DNA from: Spirochaetota bacterium
GTDB lineage: Bacteria; Spirochaetota; UBA6919; CBDBPB01
Length of the DNA: 64,000 nucleotides
Direction: 5' to 3'
Assembly (NCBI GenBank): GCA_965208615.1
Contig: CBDBPB010000007.1
Span: 96,001 to 160,000 of the forward strand
Position numbers and translations under genes: made by a program. Shown here piece by piece: positions 35,876 to 49,067 of the stretch; position 1 is the stretch's first letter; each line of letters starts with the position of its first letter. Below the pieces are notes generated by a model. That model was not told the DNA's origin and made no database searches. It was given only the letters and a program-made list of their open reading frames with translations.

Positions 35876-36889
35876 TTGGAGGTAGTTATGGCTGATAATA
35901 GATTTAAAGCTATGAAGGTGTTTGAAAGCGACGATGGAAAGTTTAATAGAGAGATTGTTACTAAAGAAATAGATGAGTTACCCCAAAATGATGTTCTAAT
36001 TAAGGTGTGTTATTCTTCATTAAATTATAAGGATGCACTTTCTGCAACAGGACATAAGGGGATTACTAGGAACTTTCCACATACACCGGGCATTGATGCG
36101 GCTGGTACGGTCGTTGATAGCAAAAATAATAGCTTTAGAGTTGGTGATGAGGTTATAGTAATTGGTTTTGATTTAGGTATGAATACATCGGGTGGATTTG
36201 CACAGTATATTAGGGTTCCGTCTTCGTGGATAGTTAAGCTTCCTGAAAACTTATCCCTAAAAGAGAGTATGATTTATGGTACAGCAGGTTTTACTGCTGC
36301 TTTATCCATTTACAAGTTAGAGTTGAATGGTGTTAGGCCGGGAACAGGAGAAATATTAGTAACTGGGGCTACTGGCGGAGTAGGATCTATGGCTGTTGCT
36401 ATGCTTAGTCATATAGGGTATGAGGTAGTAGCTGTAACTGGAAAACACTCAGAAAAAGACTTTTTAAGAAAAATAGGAGCCAAAACTATTATAAGTAGAG
36501 AAGAGGCAGATGATACAAAAGAAAAACCTCTACTAAAAGAGAGATGGGCAGGAGTAATAGATACTGTAGGAGGAAGGATACTTTCTACTGCCATAAAGTC
36601 TACTAAATATGGAGCTAGTGTAACCTGTTGTGGTATGATTACTTCTACAGAGCTAAAATCTACAATATTTCCGTTTATTTTGAGGGGAGTTAATTTATTA
36701 GGTATAGCGTCATCAGACTCTACTTTAGAAGAAAAAAGAGAAATATGGTCAAAGATTTCATCTGAATGGAAGTTAAATAATTTAGATTATATTCATAGGG
36801 AGTGTGCATTAGAGAGCGTTATAGATGAAATACCAGTAATCTTAGACGGCAAGTTAAGAGGGAGGATAGTTATAAATTTATTAAGCTAA
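35876..36889 (+). CDS. YhdH/YhfP (AcuI-like) quinone oxidoreductase, MDR family
   Basis: YSSLNYKDAL, PGIDAAG, GTAGFTAA, VTGATGGVGS, FPFILRGVNLLGI. Confidence 0.92.
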   Translation: MEVVMADNRFKAMKVFESDDGKFNREIVTKEIDELPQNDVLIKVCYSSLNYKDALSATGHKGITRNFPHTPGIDAAGTVVDSKNNSFRVGDEVIVIGFDLGMNTSGGFAQYIRVPSSWIVKLPENLSLKESMIYGTAGFTAALSIYKLELNGVRPGTGEILVTGATGGVGSMAVAMLSHIGYEVVAVTGKHSEKDFLRKIGAKTIISREEADDTKEKPLLKERWAGVIDTVGGRILSTAIKSTKYGASVTCCGMITSTELKSTIFPFILRGVNLLGIASSDSTLEEKREIWSKISSEWKLNNLDYIHRECALESVIDEIPVILDGKLRGRIVINLLS

Positions 36890-36968
36890 CTAATATTAAT
36901 CAACTATTTTATATTTTTACTTTAGCTATTTGCTGACTTTAAAATACGTTAGTTAGCTCTAAAAGTTA

Positions 36969-37328
36969 TTATATAATATATAGCTCGGGTTTTTCAAAGA
37001 AAATGGATGTTCCTTTAAGACAGCCAATAAACTTATTGTCTTTATCAAATATTTTACCAGAACTTATAATATATCCTTTAAGTTTTTCGAATTTATTATA
37101 AATAAGTCCTATTTCATTGATATATCCACCATAGTTGTGGTTGATGTCAAAAATAGTACCATCATTAAGGGTATATCCAAAGTAATTTAGTTTTTCGTCT
37201 TCAAAAAAGCAATTGGATGCTTTGTCGTGACAAATATCTTTTTGTTCATTAAGGTTATTATCAATTAGCATGCTACTAAAACTGAAGTCGCTATAAGTAA
37301 TATCCATTAAATATGTCTCCGCTAACAA
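36969..37328 (-). CDS. Hypothetical protein with short beta-flower-like repeats
   Basis: Repeated G.I(F/Y)D....GY units; start uncertain. Confidence 0.4.
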   Translation of the reverse strand: MLAETYLMDITYSDFSFSSMLIDNNLNEQKDICHDKASNCFFEDEKLNYFGYTLNDGTIFDINHNYGGYINEIGLIYNKFEKLKGYIISSGKIFDKDNKFIGCLKGTSIFFEKPELYII

Positions 37329-37748
37329 ATAAAATATATTAAGTAATATATACTCTTATTTTAAAGATGGCAAAAACAAGCCTATTAGTCAATATAAATT
37401 TATTTTTATATAGATTTAGCTATCTTTTGGTATATTATGTCAATATATAATAAATCTAAGAAGTTAGTCTAGTGTTTTGCGGAATAGCAAATAATATTAC
37501 TAATACGTTTCAGCATAATACTTTACTTTTTTTGTTCTAAAAAGGAATGAAAACATATCTTAACATTATATGTTAATTAGCATATTATAAAATTATAATC
37601 TTTTTTAACTAGTTAAAGTTATGCTTAAGCTTTTTATTATATTCTAATTGGTTATACCTTCTGGATATTTGTTCGAAGTTATATTTTTGCTAACTCTATG
37701 TTGTATATAAGTGAGAATCTTTGTATTAAATAATATAAAAATTAATGT

Positions 37749-40153
<2,405 letters not shown>

Positions 40154-40183
40154 AGCTAAAGATTTTATACTTGTAGTTTTGGT

Positions 40184-41572
40184 TTAGAATTGGGTTGCAA
40201 AGTATTCTTTTAGGTTATTTATTGCTATTCGTTCTTGATTCATTGAGTCTCTTTCTCTTATGGTAACTTTTTGATCGTCTTCTATTGTTTGGAAGTCTAC
40301 GGTTATACAAAATGGAGTACCTATTTCATCTTGTCGTCTATAGAGCTTGCCTATACTACCTGTATCGTCGTATTGAACATGATAATCATCTTTTAACATG
40401 TTGAATATTTCTCTAGCTTTAGCTTTGATACGTTGTTCATTGCGTTTTAGGGGTAGGATAGCTATTTTGATTGGTGCTAAACGGCGATCTAGCTTTAGTA
40501 AGTTTCTAGTACCCTTTTCAAGTTTCTCTTCTTCGAATGCGGCCGATAAGAAAGCTAAGAATGCTCTATCTGCACCAAAAGACGGCTCAATTACATATGG
40601 TATATATTTTTCATTTGTATCTGTATCATGGTAGTTTAGTTCATCGTTACTAAAGTTTGAATGTTGAGTTAGGTCAAAGCTGGTACGAGAGGCTATTCCT
40701 TCGAGTTCTCCCCAGCCAAAGGGAAAGTTAAATTCTATATCAACGGTTTTGTTGGAGTAGTGTGATAGTTCATCTTTGCTGTGTTCTCTTAGTCTCAATT
40801 TATTTTTGTTAATGCCAAGCCCAACAAACCAGTTCATAGACTCTTCTACAAGGTGATCAAGGGTAGTAAACTCTGTTCCTGGTTTGACAAAGTATTCTAT
40901 TTCCATTTGTTCAAATTCTCTTGTTCTAAATATGAAGTTACCTGGAGTGATTTCGTTTCTAAATGATTTTCCTATTTGTGCTATTCCAAAGGGTATCTTT
41001 TTTCTTGATGTTCTTAATATGTTTTTAAAGTTTACGAATATGCCTTGTGCGGTTTCTGGACGTAGATATAATTCAGTACTTTTATCTTCTATTACGCCTT
41101 GGAAGGTTTTAAACATAAGGTTAAACTCTCTTAGTTCAGTAAAGTTGTGGTTACCGCAGCTAGGACATGGTATTTTATTATCTTTAATGATGTTGGATAA
41201 TTCATCTATGGTTTTACCTGCCATATCTATTTTTAGTTTTTGTTCAATTAGGTGATCGGCTCTAAAGCGTTCTTTACAGTTTTTGCAGTCTATTAGGGGA
41301 TCAGAAAATGAGCCAATATGTCCACTTGCCTCCCATACTTTTGGATGCATTAATATTGCACAGTCCAGTCCTACCATATCCTCTTTATTTTGTACAAAGT
41401 CTTTCCACCACTGATTTTTGATATTATTTTTTAGTTCAACTCCAAGGGGACCATAGTCCCAAGTATTTGCTAGTCCGCCGTATATCTCAGAGCCTGGGAA
41501 TATAATTCCTCTTTGTTTACAAATAGAAATCATTTTTTTCATAATGTCTTCAGTCATCAGAACCTCATTCAT
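40184..41572 (-). CDS. glyQS: Glycine-tRNA ligase (alpha2, GlyQS type)
   Basis: YLRPETAQGIF, FRNEITPGNFIFRTREFEQME, VIEPSFG, YRRQDEIGTP. Confidence 0.96.
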   Translation of the reverse strand: MNEVLMTEDIMKKMISICKQRGIIFPGSEIYGGLANTWDYGPLGVELKNNIKNQWWKDFVQNKEDMVGLDCAILMHPKVWEASGHIGSFSDPLIDCKNCKERFRADHLIEQKLKIDMAGKTIDELSNIIKDNKIPCPSCGNHNFTELREFNLMFKTFQGVIEDKSTELYLRPETAQGIFVNFKNILRTSRKKIPFGIAQIGKSFRNEITPGNFIFRTREFEQMEIEYFVKPGTEFTTLDHLVEESMNWFVGLGINKNKLRLREHSKDELSHYSNKTVDIEFNFPFGWGELEGIASRTSFDLTQHSNFSNDELNYHDTDTNEKYIPYVIEPSFGADRAFLAFLSAAFEEEKLEKGTRNLLKLDRRLAPIKIAILPLKRNEQRIKAKAREIFNMLKDDYHVQYDDTGSIGKLYRRQDEIGTPFCITVDFQTIEDDQKVTIRERDSMNQERIAINNLKEYFATQF

Positions 41573-41792
41573 AAGTTAGTTAATCTTAGAGATATGTGTT
41601 ATAATAAGATTATATAATCGTAGTAACAGGTTATGGTAAAAGCTTTATTGTTTGCCGTAATTGTTAGGATAAAATATAACAATTTTGAGCATAATTAGCA
41701 AAATGATAAGTTAAAATCTCAAAGATTAAAGTATAACCACAGATCATTTTTAGTAATGTTTTTTTGCTATTTGAATATTATTCTTAAAAGGG

Positions 41793-42062
41793 CTAATTCT
41801 TAGATATACGGTTTGCCAAAAAGTTATATAGCCATGCAAATATAGCTCCACTGATTGCACCATCAACGAGTCCCCATATTAGCCCGTATATACTACCCAT
41901 AGGACTAATATTATAACCTCTATATATTTTAGCAATAATAGTAGGTTCATTGGTTATGCCGTCAAATAGGATTATCCACCATGTTATACCGAATATGGTT
42001 AATCCTAGTGTTATACCAAAGGTTATGCTAAAAGCTTTAATATTTAGTTTCATATTAATCAC
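41793..42062 (-). CDS. Small two-TM protein of a family often labelled 'bacteriophage holin'
   Basis: LNIKAF...IYRGY..SPMGS..GLIWGLVDGAISGAIFAWLYN. Confidence 0.55.
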   Translation of the reverse strand: MINMKLNIKAFSITFGITLGLTIFGITWWIILFDGITNEPTIIAKIYRGYNISPMGSIYGLIWGLVDGAISGAIFAWLYNFLANRISKN

Positions 42063-42162
42063 CTATTAATAGTGGATTAATAAAAATAGCCTTATAAGTA
42101 TGTTGCTAATTTATTGTTATATATAACGGTTATATTTTTTGGTTTTAGATCATAATTTAATG

Positions 42163-43101
42163 CTAATAGTTTTCTTCAATAAACTTCTCTGCATCCAAAG
42201 CAGCCATACATCCAGTACCAGCGGCGGTAATAGCCTGCTTATATAGTGTATCTTGAACATCACCACAGGCAAATACACCTGGTATAGAGGTTTCAGTGAG
42301 TTTAGTTGGATTTTTTTTAGTAATAATAAATCCTTTATTATCGAGGTCAATTTGTCCTTTGAATATTGAGGTGTTTGGAGTATGTCCTATTGCAAGAAAG
42401 ATGCCGTCACACTTTTCTATAAAGGTATTATTGGTTTTAACGTTTTTTAATAATGCACCTGTAACTTTTTGCTGTTTAATGTCTAGCACATCTTCTACAA
42501 CAGTATCCCAAATAACGGAGGCTTTATTAGTTTTAAACAATCTGTTCTGCATAATATGTGATGCTCTAAGTTTATTTCTTCTGTGTACTAGTTTAACCTC
42601 ACTTGCAAACTTAGTTAAGAATATAGCTTCTTCAATGGCAGAGTCTCCTCCACCAATCACTATAACCTTTTTATTTTTAAAAAAGAAGCCATCACAGGTT
42701 GCACATGCGGATACTCCTCTACCTATTAGTTTTAGTTCATTTTCTAGTCCTAGATAGTTAGCAGAGGCTCCGGTAGCTATAATTATAGTTTTAGTTTCAA
42801 TTTGTTCACGGTTGTCTATTTTTAGTGTAAAAGGATTTGTATTAAGGTTGACTTGTGTAACATCACCTGCTTTAGTTTTGGTACCGAATTTTATAGCTTG
42901 ATTTTTCATTTTATCAATGATTTCAGGCCCCATAACACCATCAGGAAAGCCAGGGAAGTTTTCCACATCATTAGTTGTCATAAGCTGTCCACCACTTGCT
43001 ATGCCTTCAATCAAAAGTGGATTAAGACTAGCTCGGGCGGTATAGATAGCGGCTGTATATCCAGCTGGACCAGAGCCAATAATGACAACTTCTTTTTTCA
43101 T
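42163..43101 (-). CDS. trxB: Thioredoxin-disulfide reductase (likely start MKKEVV after GGAGG)
   Basis: IGSGPAGYTAA, CATCDG, GGGDSAIEEA, GVFACGDV, QAITAAGTG. Confidence 0.96.
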   Translation of the reverse strand: MKKEVVIIGSGPAGYTAAIYTARASLNPLLIEGIASGGQLMTTNDVENFPGFPDGVMGPEIIDKMKNQAIKFGTKTKAGDVTQVNLNTNPFTLKIDNREQIETKTIIIATGASANYLGLENELKLIGRGVSACATCDGFFFKNKKVIVIGGGDSAIEEAIFLTKFASEVKLVHRRNKLRASHIMQNRLFKTNKASVIWDTVVEDVLDIKQQKVTGALLKNVKTNNTFIEKCDGIFLAIGHTPNTSIFKGQIDLDNKGFIITKKNPTKLTETSIPGVFACGDVQDTLYKQAITAAGTGCMAALDAEKFIEENY

Positions 43102-43430
43102 TCTTCCTCCAAAAGCTTTTTGTATACTTGTTAGCAAACGTTCTAATAAATATAATAAAAAGCGTTCTATGATAATTTAACAAAATTAGATTGAAAAGTA
43201 TACTAATATTTGCGGTTTATTAGTTGGTACGGTTTTTGATGGCATAATCTATTTTTATTAATAGTCCGTTTTGATTAGTATGAAAAAAGGTTATAGGATA
43301 ACGTTTTAAGTTAGGATGGCTTATTATACGCGGGGATTTTACTGAAATATGCCTAATCAATTAGTTATTAATTTTATAATAGCTTTAAGAAAATTAATAA
43401 TATCATATTAAGATATTTAAAGGCTAACAC

Positions 43431-43466
43431 AGGAGTCTTAGATTATCCATCATGACTCCTTTTTTT
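43431..43466. terminator. Hairpin with T-tract at the distal end of the tail cluster
   Basis: AGGAGTC...GACTCCT followed by TTTTTT on the + strand. Confidence 0.5.
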
Positions 43467-43526
43467 GAACTTGGCTTTGATGCTTGTCTTAAGCTGGATT
43501 ACTTACACAACCTTTGCATTATATAA

Positions 43527-44936
43527 CTAACCCACCTTCTCAATGAAGATTTGAGCATAGATAGCCTTAAGACCAGTGGGAGGTGTACGTCTATTAGAGG
43601 ATGCTACGCCTAACGTTTCTTTGGGATTTGGAGCTTCCTTTAGAACATAGTGCTCTAGTTTAAAGTTGTCATCTGAAGAGATATTCAATACCCCTATCAA
43701 ATGCGATCTTGTTTGTACACTTTCAATATCAGAATACTCCCATGAGCCGTTTATTGTTTTTCCTCTATCGCTTTTAATTCTAAAAGTGTGCTTTTGTACT
43801 CGAATAGCTGGTGCAGAAGCTCGAATTTTATATATCCCTTTTGGTAATGTAAATTCGTTTTTAGGCTTATCTAATTTTAATCCTGCTATGTTAGTGTCTA
43901 TTTTGTTTAGCTCTCTAGTTGTCCAGGCATTATCTTTAGCTTCACCACCACCTATTCCCATGTGTCTATTTACATCAAGTTCATGCCATATTTTAGCGTA
44001 TTCATATTTTAGCTTTGGTGGAGTGATGGCACCATTAGCTATCTTAGCCGTTTTGATAGCATTATCAGCTACCTTAGTCTTTGTGATGGCACCATTAGCT
44101 ATTTTAGGCGTTGTGATGGCCTCACTATCTACCTTATCCTTTGTGATGGCACCATTAGCTATCTTATTCGTTGTGATGGCATCATCAGCTACCTTAGCCC
44201 TTATGATGGTATTATCAGGTATCTTATCCGTTGTGATGGCACCATTAGCTATTTTAGGCGTTGTGATGGCACCATCAGCTACCTTAGCCGTTTTGATGGC
44301 TTCATTAGCTATTTTAGGCGTTGTGATGGCACCATCAGCTACCTTAGCCGTTTTGATGGCTTCATCAGGGATCTTACTTTCTATAACAGTATCGTCTGCT
44401 ATCTCATAAACGCCTTTTTTTAGCGTTGACTTTTGTCTGGTGATTTCTATTTTTTTATAAGTCCCGTCTGATATGGCTTTTATGATTATCTTTCCGCATA
44501 AAACGCCATGTTCACTTTTATGCTCGTGATCATTAGTATCTTTAACAAGGCTTATTTCAGCAGCAAAACTGCTGTACTCATGCTCTTTAGTAAAAGGGTC
44601 TTCTGATATTTCAGTAGTCTTTACGTCCTCAACAGCTTTTAGGTATACATAGTACTCACCGTACTCAGAGGGCATTGAATGGGTTTTATCCTTGTCTAAA
44701 GAGGCATAATTTCCATTGTAATAAAATCCGTTAGGACAGCTTGTTATTTTTATTTTATCGGTACCTACGGTTTCTATTAATCCGTGATCAGTACCAAGGG
44801 GAGTGCAAAAGCCATCGGTCATATACTTTTCTACATTTCTTTTGATACGACTGCTAAGCTCATCCATAGTGTTAGTCCAATCTGTATCGAAAAACTTTAT
44901 AGGCTTATCCAGATTCCCAAGTTTTAAATATCCCAT
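43527..44936 (-). CDS. Tail fibre 3: shared N-terminal adaptor, decapeptide repeat shaft, beta-sandwich-like tip
   Basis: N-terminus near-identical to 45551..48058 and 49068..50507; ITTxKIAxGA repeats; distinct C-terminal domain. Confidence 0.75.
   Translation of the reverse strand: MGYLKLGNLDKPIKFFDTDWTNTMDELSSRIKRNVEKYMTDGFCTPLGTDHGLIETVGTDKIKITSCPNGFYYNGNYASLDKDKTHSMPSEYGEYYVYLKAVEDVKTTEISEDPFTKEHEYSSFAAEISLVKDTNDHEHKSEHGVLCGKIIIKAISDGTYKKIEITRQKSTLKKGVYEIADDTVIESKIPDEAIKTAKVADGAITTPKIANEAIKTAKVADGAITTPKIANGAITTDKIPDNTIIRAKVADDAITTNKIANGAITKDKVDSEAITTPKIANGAITKTKVADNAIKTAKIANGAITPPKLKYEYAKIWHELDVNRHMGIGGGEAKDNAWTTRELNKIDTNIAGLKLDKPKNEFTLPKGIYKIRASAPAIRVQKHTFRIKSDRGKTINGSWEYSDIESVQTRSHLIGVLNISSDDNFKLEHYVLKEAPNPKETLGVASSNRRTPPTGLKAIYAQIFIEKVG
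44021..44380 (-). repeat. 30-bp tandem repeat (~12 units) encoding AITTxK(I/V)AxG/D
   Basis: Units like TTGTGATGGCACCATTAGCTATCTTA every 30 nt; related arrays at ~47400-47490 and ~49630-49920. Confidence 0.9.
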
Positions 44937-44962
44937 GTTATATCCTTTAATGAATAAAATTT

Positions 44963-45532
44963 CTAATCCATGTTTATAATGTTTTTAATTTTGTTGTTAT
45001 ATGTGATCCACTTGCTTAAATTAGAATTGGGATCACGAGTTAAAGTTTTTAGCTTTCTCTTTAAGGATGACATTGTAAGAGAGTGCATTATTGTATTAAT
45101 GAGGGTATCCATAGCCTTACGGTTTAGAGATAGTTCTTTGGATGTCTCAAAAGCCTCAGCTATATTAGTTTTAGCCCTTAACTTTTTCTGATCAACATAG
45201 TCAGGATGATTTTTGATTTCTTGATCACTTCGTTTTTTTACGGTTACCTTCATGTTAGGTAGTTCTGAATGATATTTCTTTCTTCGATGATATTTTTCGT
45301 AATCATCTATATGGTGATATTCCTTTCTTAGTCTTGGATCATATTTTTCATAATCCTCATGATCAAGGTTTTCCATAGTATTTGGGTCTATGTAGTACAC
45401 ATATACGTCGTCTTTTATTGGATTAAATTGTTCGTCAAAGACATCTGGATTATTAACTAAAATATAATCCCCATACCGTCCTCTATGATCAATGTCAACA
45501 ACGTTGTTATTATTATCTATTCTTACAAACAT
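44963..45532 (-). CDS. Hypothetical protein, possible tail-fibre chaperone
   Basis: 189 aa between two fibre genes, beta-rich N-terminus MFVRIDNNNNV. Confidence 0.45.
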   Translation of the reverse strand: MFVRIDNNNNVVDIDHRGRYGDYILVNNPDVFDEQFNPIKDDVYVYYIDPNTMENLDHEDYEKYDPRLRKEYHHIDDYEKYHRRKKYHSELPNMKVTVKKRSDQEIKNHPDYVDQKKLRAKTNIAEAFETSKELSLNRKAMDTLINTIMHSLTMSSLKRKLKTLTRDPNSNLSKWITYNNKIKNIINMD

Positions 45533-45550
45533 AATTCCCTCTTTTTATAT

Positions 45551-48058
45551 TTAATAGTCTATAATGTGGGACTTAGCAACTACTGCCCTAAGGTCAGAGC
45601 TATATTTGCCCCATCTTTGTGTTTCCCACTTTTCGCCTTTAGAGGAGCTAAGGATATTGTCATAATCTCCCACAGCTATGAACTTATTATTACCGTATGC
45701 AACTCCCGCTAAGCCACGAAGCGTATCGTTTGTTTTAACCCATGTTATGCCATCATTAGAGCTAAAGATATAGCCATACACTCCTCCCACAGCTATGAAC
45801 TTATTATTTGCATAGGCAACTCCCCTTAAGTATTTATAAGTGAAGTTTTCGTTATTATCCTTTTCATTCACTATTTTAGTCCAGCTTTCGCCGTCAGAGG
45901 AGCTAAGGATAGTGCCATACGTTCCCACAGCTATGAACTTATTATTTGCATAGGCAACTCCCTCTAAGTATTTATCAGTGAAGTTTTTGTTATTATCCTT
46001 TTCATTCACTATTTTAGTCCAGCTTTCGCCGTCAGAGGAGCTAAGGATAGTGCCACCACTTCCCACAGCTATGAACTTATTGTTACCGTATGCAACTCCA
46101 TTTAAGTAATTAGTAGTTTCACTTGTTTGTTTAGTCCAGCTTTTGCCATCATAGGAGCTAAGGATAGTGCCATTTTCTCCCACAGCTATGAACTTATTAT
46201 TTGCATAGACAACTCCACTTAAACCGTCACATTTTTCAATTATCTCCCACTTTTCATTATCAGAGGAGCTAAGGATAGTGCCATCCCACCCCACAGCTAT
46301 GAACTTATTATTTGCATAGGCAACTCCACTTAAACCGTCACATTTTTCAATTATCTCCCACTTTTCATTATCAGAGGAGCTAAGGATAGTGCCATCCCAC
46401 CCCACAGCTATGAACTTATTATTTGCATAGACAACTCCACTTAAACTGTCACATTTTTCAATTATCTCCCACTTTTCATTATCAGAGGAGCTAAGGATAG
46501 TGCCATTTTCTCCCACAGCTATGAACTTATTATTTACATAGGCAACTCCCTCTAAGTCATAACTCGTACCGCTTGTTTGTTTAGTCCAGCTTGTGCCATC
46601 AGAGGAGCTAAGGATAGTGCCATACGTTCCCACAGCTATGAACTTATTATTTGCATAGGCAACTCCCTCTAAGTATTTATCAGTGAAGTTTTTGTTATTA
46701 TCCTTTTCATTCACTATTTTAGTCCAGCTTTCGCCGTCAGAGGAGCTAAGGATAGTGCCATTATTACCCACAGCTATGAACTTATTATTAATATATGCAA
46801 CTCCATATAAGCTATTAGTAGTTTCACTTGTTTGTTTAGTCCAAGTTTTTTCATCATCAGAGGAGCTAAGGATAGTGCCACCACTTCCCACAGCTATGAA
46901 CTTATTATTACCGTATGCAACTCCCTGTAACCATTCAGTAGTTTTACTTGTTTGTTCAGTCCAGCTTTCGCCGTTATTAGATGAGCTAAGGATAGCGCCA
47001 CTTGATCCCACAGCTATGAACTTATTATTACCGTATGCAACTCCATATAAGCTATTACTCGCATCGTATGTTTCAACCCATGTTATGCCATCATAGGAGC
47101 TAAGGATATCGCTATACTTTCCCACAGCTATGAACTTATTATTACCATAGGCAACTCCATTTAAATTGTTATATTGTTTAGCTCTCTCCCACTTTTCTCC
47201 ATCATAGGAGCTGAGGGTAGTGCCTTCTCCCACTATTATATAATTTACTCCAGTTACAGCTTTAATCCTTGATAGGAGATAGTTCATTTGTTCTTCTATT
47301 GTTTTATGGTCTATACTACCTTTTAAGTGTTTCTGCTTAGTCCTACTAAAATAAATGTCTTCACCTGTTAGAGAGGTTTTGTCAGTGTCACGTTTTACTT
47401 TATTCGTTGTGATGGCTTTATCGTTTACCTTATCCGTTGTGATGGCATCATTAGCTATCTTAGCCCTTGTGATGGCATTATTGACTATCTGAGGGGTGTT
47501 AACGGTTTTGTCCTTTAGGGTTGACTTTTGTCTGTCAGTGTTTAGTATTTCTATCTTTCCGCTAGAAAGCTTTATCTTCCCGCATAAAACTCCATATTCA
47601 CTTTTATGCTTGTGATCATTAACAGCTTTAAGAAAATGTATCTCAGGCTTAAAACTGCTATACTCATGATCCTTAGTAAGAGGGTCTTCTGGTATTTTAA
47701 TGGCTTCTACGTTTTCAACAGCTTTTAGGTATACGTAATAATCCCCATCCTTAGGGGGTTCACCGTCCTTAGAGGGTATTGAGGAGGTTGTATCCTCGTT
47801 TAAAGAGGCATAATTTCCATTGTGATAGAATCCATTTGGACATTTGCTTATTTTGATCGTATTCGGTTGATCAGTCTTTATTATTTTGCCCTCGTTATCC
47901 CCAAGGGGAGTGCAAAAGCCATCGGTCATATACTTTTCTACATTTCTTTTGATACGACCGCTAAGCTCATCCATAGTGTTAGTCCAGTCGGTGTCGAAAA
48001 ACTTTATAGGCTTATCCAACTCATCAAGTTTTAGATATCCCCTTTTTGTATCTCCCAT
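45551..48058 (-). CDS. Tail fibre 2: shared adaptor plus BNR/Asp-box-like beta-propeller repeat array (likely start MGDTK at 48058)
   Basis: AAGGAG RBS before 48058; about 13 repeats of LxGVAYxNNKFIAVGxxGTILSSSDGxxW. Confidence 0.8.
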   Translation of the reverse strand: MGDTKRGYLKLDELDKPIKFFDTDWTNTMDELSGRIKRNVEKYMTDGFCTPLGDNEGKIIKTDQPNTIKISKCPNGFYHNGNYASLNEDTTSSIPSKDGEPPKDGDYYVYLKAVENVEAIKIPEDPLTKDHEYSSFKPEIHFLKAVNDHKHKSEYGVLCGKIKLSSGKIEILNTDRQKSTLKDKTVNTPQIVNNAITRAKIANDAITTDKVNDKAITTNKVKRDTDKTSLTGEDIYFSRTKQKHLKGSIDHKTIEEQMNYLLSRIKAVTGVNYIIVGEGTTLSSYDGEKWERAKQYNNLNGVAYGNNKFIAVGKYSDILSSYDGITWVETYDASNSLYGVAYGNNKFIAVGSSGAILSSSNNGESWTEQTSKTTEWLQGVAYGNNKFIAVGSGGTILSSSDDEKTWTKQTSETTNSLYGVAYINNKFIAVGNNGTILSSSDGESWTKIVNEKDNNKNFTDKYLEGVAYANNKFIAVGTYGTILSSSDGTSWTKQTSGTSYDLEGVAYVNNKFIAVGENGTILSSSDNEKWEIIEKCDSLSGVVYANNKFIAVGWDGTILSSSDNEKWEIIEKCDGLSGVAYANNKFIAVGWDGTILSSSDNEKWEIIEKCDGLSGVVYANNKFIAVGENGTILSSYDGKSWTKQTSETTNYLNGVAYGNNKFIAVGSGGTILSSSDGESWTKIVNEKDNNKNFTDKYLEGVAYANNKFIAVGTYGTILSSSDGESWTKIVNEKDNNENFTYKYLRGVAYANNKFIAVGGVYGYIFSSNDGITWVKTNDTLRGLAGVAYGNNKFIAVGDYDNILSSSKGEKWETQRWGKYSSDLRAVVAKSHIIDY
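45600..47240 (-). repeat. Beta-propeller blade repeats (111-141 bp), including three near-identical 111-bp units at ~46153-46540
   Basis: Core CCCACAGCTATGAACTTATTATT and GAGCTAAGGATAGTGCC recur in nearly every unit. Confidence 0.9.
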
Positions 48059-48154
48059 TTTTGTCTCCTTGAACAAAATAGTTAACTTTTCTGGTTTTAT
48101 TGTTATACCCCTTGCTAAGGTATAACCAGTATCCAAAAGGCTATGCCGATCTAA

Positions 48155-49057
48155 CTAAATGGATATGTTTATCTTAGCTAAAGTATTCAACTTTTTAGCC
48201 CTCAATAAGGATTTTTTAAGTTTATCAGCCTTTTCATCGAGATCAAGTTTTTGTTTAATCTCCTCAAAAGACTGCTTTAGCATGTTGGAGTCTATATCTT
48301 TCTTTTTACTTTTGTCTAGCTTTAACTCATCCACTAAATTATTATGTTCCCTAATGGCTATAACCCTTTGGGATGCCAATTGTAATTCATTACTAAGGCT
48401 AATCTGCTTATCCTTTAAGGCATTAAGCCTTTCTTTGCGTAACTCTTCAATATCCTTTGCCTCAATAAAGGTCTTTTTGTCCTTGTCATATTTAGGCTTT
48501 AATAATTTATCATCAGGATTAATATCAACCCATTTCTGATCAGTAAAATATATGTCGGATAAGTCTATATCCTTAGTCGTTACAAATCCATCATTGTCCA
48601 AAACCGTAACCTTTTTATTAGCCTCTTCCCATTCGCTCTTCGTTTTATTCCATTTTGCTAACTTTAAATCCTTATTAGGCTCTTTAAAAGGCAGATCAGG
48701 CACCTTATCAAAGCATCCACCCTCATTAAGGTCATTTAAGAAGTATCCGTCTTTGTCGATCTTATAAGACGGCTCAGGGATATAATAAGCCTGATCCCAA
48801 TGGCCTTCTATCGCCATATAGTTGTCCCATATCCATCTGTCAACCTTATTAGCCATTCGCCAATCAAGACTTTTTAGTTTAGACTCATATTCGTCACTAT
48901 GCTCAAAAGGGGAATTGTTAAGCTTAGGCTCAAGTTCTGTAGCATCAGACGGCACCTGAGGATCGTTAGAGTTAGGTAATGGCAAAGCCTTACTAGAGTG
49001 TTTATATACCCCATTTTCAGCATCAAAAAAGTATATCGTTGTGTTAGACATATTCAT
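48155..49057 (-). CDS. Tail fibre assembly chaperone-like protein (Tfa-type N-terminus)
   Basis: IYFFDAENGVY....VPSDATELEP; immediately downstream of the collar-domain fibre. Confidence 0.6.
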   Translation of the reverse strand: MNMSNTTIYFFDAENGVYKHSSKALPLPNSNDPQVPSDATELEPKLNNSPFEHSDEYESKLKSLDWRMANKVDRWIWDNYMAIEGHWDQAYYIPEPSYKIDKDGYFLNDLNEGGCFDKVPDLPFKEPNKDLKLAKWNKTKSEWEEANKKVTVLDNDGFVTTKDIDLSDIYFTDQKWVDINPDDKLLKPKYDKDKKTFIEAKDIEELRKERLNALKDKQISLSNELQLASQRVIAIREHNNLVDELKLDKSKKKDIDSNMLKQSFEEIKQKLDLDEKADKLKKSLLRAKKLNTLAKINISI

Positions 49058-49067
49058 ATCAATCTCC

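Noticed and set aside
37329-37748. oriC upstream of dciA-gyrB
   Set aside because: AT-rich, but I found no cluster of TTATCCACA-type DnaA boxes and no dnaA or dnaN nearby.
43666-44409. 247-aa plus-strand hydrophobic repeat ORF, and similar antisense ORFs (49612, 46683, 50683, 9670, 42296)
   Set aside because: Antisense shadows of repeat-rich or conserved minus-strand genes.
45600-47240. CRISPR-like array (constant 23-nt core with variable spacers)
   Set aside because: The units are in-frame protein repeats inside a long ORF, the spacers are homologous to each other, and there are no cas genes.
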